This document shows, piece after piece, positions 38,132 to 46,500 of a DNA stretch of 60,618 bases. Numbering within the stretch: the stretch's first letter is position 1; every line of letters starts with the position of its first letter. Below the pieces are notes generated by a model. That model was given only the letters and a program-made list of their open reading frames with translations. It was not told the origin of the DNA and searched no databases. The position numbers were made by a program, and so were the translations under genes. The stretch comes from an uncultured Candidatus Saccharibacteria bacterium (GTDB taxonomy: Bacteria; Patescibacteriota; Minisyncoccia; UBA6257; Colwellbacteraceae): the NCBI GenBank assembly GCA_964360065.1, contig CAYHTW010000002.1:68251-128868 (forward strand), in the 5' to 3' direction.

Positions 38132-39694
38132 TTATTGGAACCTTCTAGTGGTCTCTACATACCACTTCTCAATAGTATCAAATCTATCAGCAGAAGTGTT
38201 AACGACGCGCGTGGCATCAAGTCCGCCGAGCCTAGGAGTAGAAACGTAGACGTAATCAGGAGAGTAGAGGAAGACAGCCGGGAAGTCGGAAGCGATGAGG
38301 TTGCTAATTTTGGTAATCCTGGTGTTCCTGCTTGCCACATCAAAGTTTCGTCGGTAGGCCTCTAGGAGGTTATCTACAGCCGGGTTCTGGTAAAGTGATA
38401 AGTTTGCGTCTGGATAGAAACGCCTAGAGGAGTCCCAGAAAGCGTAGAGGTCCTCTCCTTGTTTAATGATGTTGCCGAAGATTAGCATTTCGTAATCAGT
38501 GTTCCTTAAGACGTTGTCTTCAATATCTTTAATGGACATAATTCGCAGAGTGATTTTAGCTCCATGAGATTCCCAAGCACCCTTTAATATTTCGGCTGTT
38601 TTAACCAAGAATGATTCATCGGGAACAGTCAGCGTGACGGTAACGTCTTTCAAGACTGACAAATCAGCGTTATTCTCCGGCTGCTTGGTGTTAGTAGTCG
38701 GTCCGTAGAGGGGAGTGGCTCGGCCGTCAAAAATGCTGTTAATAATAAACGATCTATCGGCGCTCTCGCTTAGCGCACGTCTCACGTTAACATCCTTGAG
38801 TTTGGTGTTGCCGGTTGTTTGGTTAATAAAGACAGCGTATTCCCGTGACGATTGAAAATAATCAGTTTTGCTCCTTAAAGTTATGGCCGCGAGAGATTCG
38901 GAAGTAGAAAGTCCGAGACCATCAATTTGTCCGGTGTTATAAGCTTTCACCAAATCAGCAGTATTTTTATAAAACTTGAAGGTGAGGTAAGGAATGTACG
39001 GCTTTTGTCCGGAATATTTAGAATTCTTTTGTAGGTCTATTGACGTGACGACCCCCTTGCTGTCACTTTTGTAACTGGTAACCACGTAAGGCCCAGAGCC
39101 GACGGGCTTCAAGCCGTAAACAGAGAATTTCAGGTTTTCCACCGCGCTATCGGCAAAAATGTGTTTGGGGATAACGTAAAAGTTTTTCAAGTGGTCTTCT
39201 TCAAAGAGGGCATAGGGGTTCTGGAGAATGAATTTAACTTCTAACTCACTGACCCTCTCAACTGTTATTCCACGAAAGCTCGTTGAAAGCGGAGAGTTGG
39301 CATCGGGGTTCTGAATAATTTGCAGCGTGAAGACGACATCATCGGTGGTGAGTTTCTCGCCGTCCTGCCAGCGTACACCTTCCTTCAAGCGTACCGTATA
39401 TGTTTTGTTGTCAGCCTCTCTCTTAATAGAATCAGCAAGCCCCGGGATGTTAGAAAAAACTAATCTGGACAAATCCTTGTCTGTGTCGGTGGATGGGACA
39501 ATAGGGTTAATAAAAACTGGCTGGCCGACAACGCCTTCACGGTAACTGCCGTCGCTCTCTGGCACAGGAACCGTGTTGGTTTGGACAAACGTGAACGACC
39601 AGATAGAAAAACTGGTTACCAAAACCAAAGCCGCGCCCCCGAAAATAAAGCGCTCATTGTGAGACCAGGAGTTATATAAGTCTTTAATCTTCAT
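38132..39694 (-). CDS. Peptide ABC transporter substrate-binding protein (family 5), membrane-anchored
   Basis: LKEGVRWQDGEKLTTDDVVFT, PVGSGPY, VRRALS; N-terminal TM; no permease adjacent. Confidence 0.88.
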   Translation of the reverse strand: MKIKDLYNSWSHNERFIFGGAALVLVTSFSIWSFTFVQTNTVPVPESDGSYREGVVGQPVFINPIVPSTDTDKDLSRLVFSNIPGLADSIKREADNKTYTVRLKEGVRWQDGEKLTTDDVVFTLQIIQNPDANSPLSTSFRGITVERVSELEVKFILQNPYALFEEDHLKNFYVIPKHIFADSAVENLKFSVYGLKPVGSGPYVVTSYKSDSKGVVTSIDLQKNSKYSGQKPYIPYLTFKFYKNTADLVKAYNTGQIDGLGLSTSESLAAITLRSKTDYFQSSREYAVFINQTTGNTKLKDVNVRRALSESADRSFIINSIFDGRATPLYGPTTNTKQPENNADLSVLKDVTVTLTVPDESFLVKTAEILKGAWESHGAKITLRIMSIKDIEDNVLRNTDYEMLIFGNIIKQGEDLYAFWDSSRRFYPDANLSLYQNPAVDNLLEAYRRNFDVASRNTRITKISNLIASDFPAVFLYSPDYVYVSTPRLGGLDATRVVNTSADRFDTIEKWYVETTRRFQ

Positions 39695-39702
39695 TACTTA
39701 AC

Positions 39703-39921
39703 TTAGGAAACCAAAGCTAGGGCGGATAAAACCGCGAAGGCCGTGGCAAAAACTATGGTAGCCATAAATAAACTCTTTTCCAACCCTCTCCTGCGCTGAT
39801 AAACGCCGCCGGCTTCTCCTCCACCGAAAACACCACCAGTGCCGCCGGTTCTGTCCTGCAACAAAACCAAGCCGACTATAATAACGGAAACGGCGACTAA
39901 AGCGATATTCAGAAAATTCAT
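39703..39921 (-). CDS. secG: Preprotein translocase SecG
   Basis: LVLLQDRTGGTGGVFGG...RRGLEK, two TM. Confidence 0.92.
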   Translation of the reverse strand: MNFLNIALVAVSVIIVGLVLLQDRTGGTGGVFGGGEAGGVYQRRRGLEKSLFMATIVFATAFAVLSALALVS

Positions 39922-39928
39922 AAAAGTG

Positions 39929-40276
39929 TTAGTAGAGTATGTGAATCAGGAAATTGACTGTTCCGATGACAATGGTTGCTAAAACGAGGGATCCAATGTC
40001 AGTGATTGTAACAGAGAGGAGGAGATAGTCAAGTAATTTCAGGGTGGCGAGGTTGACTAGGATGCTAGCGATGCCAAGCGTTATAAGTATAAGGGGGCTT
40101 AGCACTAGCTTAATGATGGGGCGGATAAAGACGTTGATAGCGCTTAGTACCAATGCCGTTATCAGTAAGTTCGTCATGTCTAAGGGCACATTGAATCCTG
40201 GGATGTATTTGGTCGCCACATAGAGCCCCGAGGCATTGCCGGCTACAATAAATATTGTTTTTGAGATTATTCCCAT
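39929..40276 (-). CDS. 4-TM phage-holin-family (DUF360/YvlD-like) membrane protein
   Basis: INVFIRPIIKLVLSPLILITLG..VN motif. Confidence 0.8.
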   Translation of the reverse strand: MGIISKTIFIVAGNASGLYVATKYIPGFNVPLDMTNLLITALVLSAINVFIRPIIKLVLSPLILITLGIASILVNLATLKLLDYLLLSVTITDIGSLVLATIVIGTVNFLIHILY

Positions 40277-40329
40277 ATGTTTAATTTTACAATTTTTAAT
40301 TCATAATTTAAAATTATATGTTTGCCAGT

Positions 40330-41847
40330 CTAACGCAGCTGGTCCAATAAACTAATCCCTGTCATCTCTTCGGGTTTCGGCAATCCCATCAGCTCCAAAA
40401 CCGTCGGGGCGACATCAGAAATTACGCCAGCACTCTCTTTTTCCGTCCTCGCTACCTCAAAATTATCTTTAATTCGTTCAAAGTTCTTACCTACTATATA
40501 TATAGGTACGGGGCTGGGGTCGTGCTTGGTCTCGGGCAACCCAGTTCTGGGATCAAACATTCTCTCCACGTTGCCGTGATCGGCAGTTATTAGAAGTACG
40601 TCGTCTTTCTCTAGAACCTTTTTCATTAAGACGCCGATTTGCTCGTCCACCGTCTTAACTGCTTTTATGGCGGCGTCAAAATTTCCAGTGTGAGCCACCA
40701 AGTCGCCGTTAGCGTAGTTGATAAGAATAAAGTCATAAACTCCTTCGTTTATGGCCGACATCGCCCGCTCTGTTATTTCTTTAGCCCTCATTTCAGGGAC
40801 TTGGTCATGGCTCGCTATATTTTGTGAGGGGATCAATACTCTGAACTCTCCGGCAAAGGGAGTTTCACGGAGGCCATTGAAAAAAGAAGTAACATGAGCC
40901 ATCTTTTCTGTTTCGGCGATGCGTAGCTGTGTCATGCCGTTATCGGCAAAAACCTTGCCCAGGGGATTAACAATTTCATCCTGCGGGAAAGCCACCGGAA
41001 AATGAAACTTATCACCGTAGCTGGTGAACGTACCTATATATAGGTTGTTGGTAGGGTTTCCTACAAAAGATTCCATTAGAAGCTTCATCCTGTCCTCGCG
41101 GAAGTTGAAGAAGATGGCAGAGTCTCCTTCTTTTATAGCTCCTTCCGGGTCCAGGAGCTGGGGGTCAATATATTCATCAGTGTATTTTCTGGCGTAATAA
41201 TCTTCCAGGGCCTCAGCGGCCGATTTAAATTCAGACTGTTTGGCATTGCCAATAAGAGCGTCATAACATCCCTTAACCCTGTCGGCCCTTTCTCTATTCA
41301 TGGCGTAAAACCTGCCGCAGATGGTGGCAACCTTGAATCCCACGACTCTTTCCAAAAGTTTTTCGGCTCCATTGGTAGAACCGTCAACGCCATCGGTAAA
41401 AATGTGTAGATAAGTTTTTTCGGTTAAGTTATTGTCTTTAACAAATTTCAAGAGAGCTTCAAGATGTTCAAGCGATGCGTGGACATTGCCTTCTGTTAAG
41501 AGGCCGACAAGATTAAGATTACCTCCGGTTTCTTTGATGTGGTTCACCGCCTTGTTTAAGACTGGATTTTTAAAAAAGCTGCCGTCGCGGATGGTTAAAC
41601 TAATGCGCGGGTAATGTTGGTAAGAAATTCTTCCAGAGCCCAAAGTGAAATGCCCGACTTCCGAATTGCCTTCTTCTCCCCAGGGGAGCCCCACAGAGAT
41701 ACCGGAAGCTTGCAGGTTACCGGTTAAATAATGATGTCTAATATAATCCAAATTTGGAACTCCGGCGACATAGATCGGATTACTCCCGTCTTGCCTGCCG
41801 ATGCCCCAGCCGTCCATCACGACCATTACCAAAGTTCTTTTAACCAT
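40330..41847 (-). CDS. gpmI: 2,3-BPG-independent phosphoglycerate mutase
   Basis: MDGWG, GNSEVGH, NFREDR, AETEK, NYANGDLVAHTG, TADHGN. Confidence 0.97.
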   Translation of the reverse strand: MVKRTLVMVVMDGWGIGRQDGSNPIYVAGVPNLDYIRHHYLTGNLQASGISVGLPWGEEGNSEVGHFTLGSGRISYQHYPRISLTIRDGSFFKNPVLNKAVNHIKETGGNLNLVGLLTEGNVHASLEHLEALLKFVKDNNLTEKTYLHIFTDGVDGSTNGAEKLLERVVGFKVATICGRFYAMNRERADRVKGCYDALIGNAKQSEFKSAAEALEDYYARKYTDEYIDPQLLDPEGAIKEGDSAIFFNFREDRMKLLMESFVGNPTNNLYIGTFTSYGDKFHFPVAFPQDEIVNPLGKVFADNGMTQLRIAETEKMAHVTSFFNGLRETPFAGEFRVLIPSQNIASHDQVPEMRAKEITERAMSAINEGVYDFILINYANGDLVAHTGNFDAAIKAVKTVDEQIGVLMKKVLEKDDVLLITADHGNVERMFDPRTGLPETKHDPSPVPIYIVGKNFERIKDNFEVARTEKESAGVISDVAPTVLELMGLPKPEEMTGISLLDQLR

Positions 41848-42347
41848 CAAAGTTTATTTTTCTTATATTCGAGCTTGTTTTTTAAATTGTTCATGAAAAG
41901 AATCTTTTCTTTTGCAGATTTCTTCAGTAATGTTGAGCATGTCTCTAAATAGGAGCTCATTACATATTTAAGCTTATTTTTCTTATATAGATATTTAACC
42001 AACGAGTAGAAATCCCCGTCGCTTGAAACAATTAGCGCCTTATCATAATTCGGATATTCAATCATGGCTTGTAAAACAAGATCGGCATCTACATTTCCCT
42101 TAACACTTCCTTTTCCATCCGGTAAAACTGGTTTAAATATCAGAATATATCCATATTTTTGCAGAGACGCATATAAACCCTGATTCTCCTGCACATAACC
42201 AATAAACAAAAATGCATTAGTAATCCCGTGAGTTTCTCTTAAATGTATACGAAATTTCTTAAAATCCAAATCCCAACCTAGGCTTTTAACACCCAAATTA
42301 AGATTTTGACTGTCTATAAATGCATAATTATTTTCTTTTGAATACAT
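41847..42347 (-). CDS. NYN domain (LabA/DUF88, PIN-like) protein
   Basis: AFIDSQNL, KGNVDADL, LIVSSDGDF; AT-richer than its neighbours. Confidence 0.9.
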   Translation of the reverse strand: MYSKENNYAFIDSQNLNLGVKSLGWDLDFKKFRIHLRETHGITNAFLFIGYVQENQGLYASLQKYGYILIFKPVLPDGKGSVKGNVDADLVLQAMIEYPNYDKALIVSSDGDFYSLVKYLYKKNKLKYVMSSYLETCSTLLKKSAKEKILFMNNLKNKLEYKKNKL

Positions 42348-42373
42348 AAATATCTGTAATTATAGCATTAAAT

Positions 42374-42429
42374 GAAAAAGCACCGCCCAAGGACAGAACC
42401 TTAAGAAGTGCTTTTTCGTGTGAATTCTA
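42374..42429 (-). ncRNA. Candidate ~55-nt small RNA or attenuator upstream of NYN gene
   Basis: Promoter TTGACT(42463-58)-16-TATAAT(42441-36) reads into a 10-bp stem GAAAAAGCAC/GTGCTTTTTC (42374-42417) ending in T5; separate TGcTATAAT (42367-59) before NYN. Confidence 0.35.
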
Positions 42430-42500
42430 TGTTGAATTATAGATTCTTTACCAATTAAGTCAAGCGACGGCTAGGCAGCCGGACATTATTGGCCAATGCG

Positions 42501-42536
42501 TAGGTCAATTAGGTTAATTAGAGCAATTAGGTCAAT
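42501..42536. repeat. 4 x 9-nt tandem repeat
   Basis: TAGGTCAAT TAGGTTAAT TAGAGCAAT TAGGTCAAT, just upstream of TTGACA at 42549. Confidence 0.85.
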
Positions 42537-42548
42537 TTGTTTCACGGT

Positions 42549-42578
42549 TTGACACTTTTGCCGATTAGTCGGTATTCT
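42549..42578 (+). promoter_or_regulatory. sigma70 promoter of wHTH gene with operator-like inverted repeat
   Basis: TTGACA-18-TATTCT-7-ATG; spacer contains TGCCGA-TTAG-TCGGTA. Confidence 0.65.
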
Positions 42579-43095
42579 CTTACCGATGGCCCTTGCCGAA
42601 AGACCCAACATACACGATCACACCCGCGAAATCTCTTTTGCCGTATTCCGTGTGGCTAAACTTATAGAGAATCCCAAGCTTAAAAAGGAACTTGAGGAAT
42701 CGGCAATTGAATTGGTTTCTAAGTGCGGCGAGATACCATATGTTCCTTATATTCCAGAGGGCGAGACTTTGCCGTATCTACCTTATATTGAGAAATTAGT
42801 GAATCTAGTGAAGCTTGCCGAGATAGTCGGCGAGGTTAAATCGGTAAACTCAAAAGTCCTTTTAAGGGAACTTGGGATACTTAAATCGGCAATCATAGGC
42901 TCACTCGGCAAAAAAGAGGACATTGACCTTGCCGAATCCTTTGCTCGCCCTGAGCCTGCCGAACGGACCGAATTACCATCTGTCGGCAGATTTTCATTGC
43001 CCCCATCAATTAAGCACGAAAAACCCAATGTTAATATTGCCATTCGGCAATCGGCAATCATAGCCTTTATAAGAGGATTGCCAAACGGTTGCCGA
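42558..43095. repeat. Cluster of TTGCCGA/TCGGCAA heptamers
   Basis: Exact copies at 42558, 42593, 42700, 42815, 42886, 42905, 42929, 43044, 43051, 43089; several more with one mismatch. Confidence 0.9.
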
Positions 43096-43251
43096 ATGAG
43101 GGATTTGCTCACTAAGTTCCCGGAAGTCAGCGAAAGAACCCTACGTAACGACCTTCAAGACCTCAATGCAGGAGGATTAGTAGAGAGACTTGGTAAAGGG
43201 GCATCCAGCTCATTTAGGGGTGTAACCAAGCATGAGATTATTGCGTTATAA
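42586..43251 (+). CDS. Putative regulator: N-terminal helical bundle plus C-terminal DeoR-like winged HTH
   Basis: C-terminus RQSAIIAFIR...MRDLLTKFPEVSERTLRNDLQDLNAGGLVERLG fits the DeoR-type HTH pattern. Confidence 0.72.
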   Translation: MALAERPNIHDHTREISFAVFRVAKLIENPKLKKELEESAIELVSKCGEIPYVPYIPEGETLPYLPYIEKLVNLVKLAEIVGEVKSVNSKVLLRELGILKSAIIGSLGKKEDIDLAESFARPEPAERTELPSVGRFSLPPSIKHEKPNVNIAIRQSAIIAFIRGLPNGCRMRDLLTKFPEVSERTLRNDLQDLNAGGLVERLGKGASSSFRGVTKHEIIAL

Positions 43252-43260
43252 TTACTGATG

Positions 43261-43574
43261 CGCTAGACTAAGGACTAGCGTATTGGCTTGAGTGAGGCTA
43301 GCCAAAACATCTTTTTGTTTACTCTTGCGATAACACGCAGGAGGGTTATGTCTCACTCGCCAAAAGCGAGTTTTTTGTTTATTTCGTCCTATTTTCAAAC
43401 TAGCGGAGGGGATACGAAACAAAACAAAACTCTTAACAAGCGACTAGGGTTATCTATGCATATCAGCTCGCCGCCTTAACCTCACAAATGGCAAAAGGCA
43501 GCTGGTCGATGATATAGACAGTGGATAATCTCCAGACAAAAATAATTCTGAATAAAAGATTTAATAAAATAAAA
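43261..43574 (+). promoter_or_regulatory. Long multi-hairpin leader/intergenic region
   Basis: Stems at 43261-80, 43283-305, 43322-43, 43355-71 (followed by a T tract), 43368-432; GGTCG at 43504. Confidence 0.5.
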
Positions 43575-46500
43575 ATGAGTAAATTTATCTCGAAAGTTGC
43601 TTCAGCTGGGCTTACTGCCATAACTGTTGTCTCTCTTTCAGGGTTTGCTATGCCTCTTGCCGCTGCTCAAACGAGCGCCGACATTCAGGCACAGATTACA
43701 GCCCTGTTAGCTCAGATCAACGCTTTGCAGGCTCAATTGGGCACAGGTACTTCTACTGGCGCCGCCTACACCTTCACTAACAACCTCACAGTTGGTTCTA
43801 AAGGTGCAGACGTAACTGCCTTGCAGAATTACCTAGTTTCAACTGGTCACTTCACCCTTTCTGGTGGCGCGACTGGTTATTTCGGTTCCATAACTAAAGC
43901 CGCTGTAGCCGCTTGGCAAGCCGCCAACGGTGTTTCACCGGCTGCTGGTTACTTCGGATCCATTTCCAGGGCTAAGTACGTTTCGGTTACCGGAGCTGTA
44001 GTCACCGTACCTACTACTCCGACTACTCCGACTACACCGACAACTCCAGCTGTTCCATCTTCTGGTGTAGCTGTAGCGCTATCTTCTGACACCCCGGGAG
44101 CGGCAACATTGCCTGACGGTTCGGCCTACAATAAGGTTACTAAATTGAATCTTACTGCTGGTGCGAGCGGTGGCGATGCTAAAGTTACCGGACTTCGATT
44201 AACAAGAACCGGCTTCAGCTTGAACTCTGATTTCACTGGAGTAATGGTTTTTGATGCTAACGGCAATCGTCATGGCAATGTTGTCACGATTAGTGAGAGT
44301 AAAGCCTTGATAATGTTTACAGCTGATCCTATTACTGTTCCGGCAGGTCAAACTGTCGCAGTAACGGTCCAAGTGAACATTGATGCCGCGCAAACCACGA
44401 ACGGTACATTCGCTTTTGGTGTCGCTGCACCATCCGATGTATTCGTAGCTGATTCTGCTGCTATTTCCGGAACATTCCCAATTAATGGCAATATTTTTAG
44501 CGTCATTAATGGTGCTAACACTCTAGGAGCGGTAGACATTGACGCAGTAACAATTTCTGCGACAGCGAGAACTGTTGACCTAAATAACTTGGATTACCAA
44601 ATTTCTAAATTTAGGTTCTACGAGACTGGAGGCAAGGAGGATATCAAAATTACCTCCCTTCGCTTCTACAACAACGGCAACACCACCGACGCCGATCTGG
44701 CTAACTTAAAGCTTAAGAACGACGCTACTGGTGAAGTCTTGGCAACGGTGGCTGCGACTACCGGCAAGTATGTAACATTTAATTTGTCGTCAGGGCTAAC
44801 AGTCTTAAAGGGTCAAAACAAAACAGTCGCAATTTCTGCTGATGTTGTGAACGGTTCCACTAGGACCGCTCAATTCATAATTCAGAACGACTACGACGTT
44901 TCAGCCGTTGGCGTTTCAACGGGTGGTGGCCTTTTGTCGACTCACGCAACGAACCTAGCTGGCGATACAGCTGCTGGGTACCCAGTTGGTGATTTAACGA
45001 CAACTTACAACTCAATTACTGTCAATTCAGGCAGTTTGACTGTTGCTAAGGACAGCTCTTCGCCTTCCGGCAATGTCAGCCAAGGCCAGAACAACGTTGT
45101 TCTCGGCTATTGGAAAGTTGAAGCTACCGGCGAAGACATTGAGCTCCAAAAAGCCGACTTCAGCATCACAGGTTCAAGTGTGGCTGCTGATTTCAGCGGT
45201 TCGGTAAGCTTGATGATTGGCGATACGACCATCTACAGTACATCTACTCTAGCAGGCTTACTTGACGATGATGCTGCTGGTCTTGACCAGGTTGCTTTGA
45301 GTAATTACTACCTCATAAAATCTGGCACAAGCGTCTTAGTGAAAATGGTTGCTAACGTTTCAAGTTCAGCCACCAATAACGTGACGCTTATCGGCAACTT
45401 CGGCGATGCCTACTACAAGAGGGTGTCGTCTAACAACTACGCATCAGCCTCTGACGATGCATTTGTCACGGCCAACACTTTGACGGTTTCTACCGCGGCT
45501 TTGACAGTTGCTAAGAACTCCTCATACGGAGATCAGAACGTTGTAGGCGGCGGCGCGTTGAACAAGATTGGTTCATACGTTTTCCAAGCTGGTTCAGCGG
45601 AAGGCGTCAACATCTCTTCAGTAAATGTTGATATGTCTGCCATAACTGGTATGACCAACATGAAGTTAAGGAAGGTTAATTCCGATGGTTCCGAGACTCA
45701 AATCGGTTCCACCGTGACTGCGCCTTCTACAACCGACGACGCTAACAGCTTCTCTGTAGGTGGAACATTAAATGTCCCAGCTTCTGGAACTGTTGTGGTG
45801 AACGTCTATGTTGATATGTCGTCCGCAGCCGTTACGGTTAATACCGACATCGACGCTGCTGACGTAACAGCTTCCGGCCTTTCGAGCGGCACGGCTTTGA
45901 GCGGCAATACTCCAACTGCCCAGGTGGTTGGTCAAACTATTACCGCGAGAGCTAGCGGCACGCTCTTGGTTGAAACTGATACTTCTACTCCGGTAGAGGC
46001 AGTTGTTCGCGCTTCGGAATCTAACCGTGAACTCTTGAAAGTTAAATTCACTTCGCAATACGAAGCCGTTAACTTGACCAAGTTGGTATTTGGCAGCCGA
46101 AGAGGCAATGCCAACCTGAGCTCGGTTTCATTGACTGCTGGCGCCGTAACCGTAACTACTACTCCAATAAACGGTATTGCCACCTTTAGCGGATTAACCT
46201 TACAGGTTGCGAAAGACAACAATTTAGTGGTGAGTGTAAAAGGTGCATTTACTACTTCCGGCACGATGATTTCAGCTGAAGACGTAAGATTAGGTCTTGA
46301 CTCATTAGAATCTACCGGCGTTTCATCGGGTTCAACCATCTACGAATTGGCGAGAACCACGACTGGTACTGCTGGAGACATTGCTGCTGACGTTGCTACC
46401 GCCGTAACTGTAGGCTCTACCGAGGGCTTCGCGGTTGGCGATGTGGTACAGATCAACACAGCGCAAGGTGTAAGCTCATTCACTGGTGTTACGACTGCCG

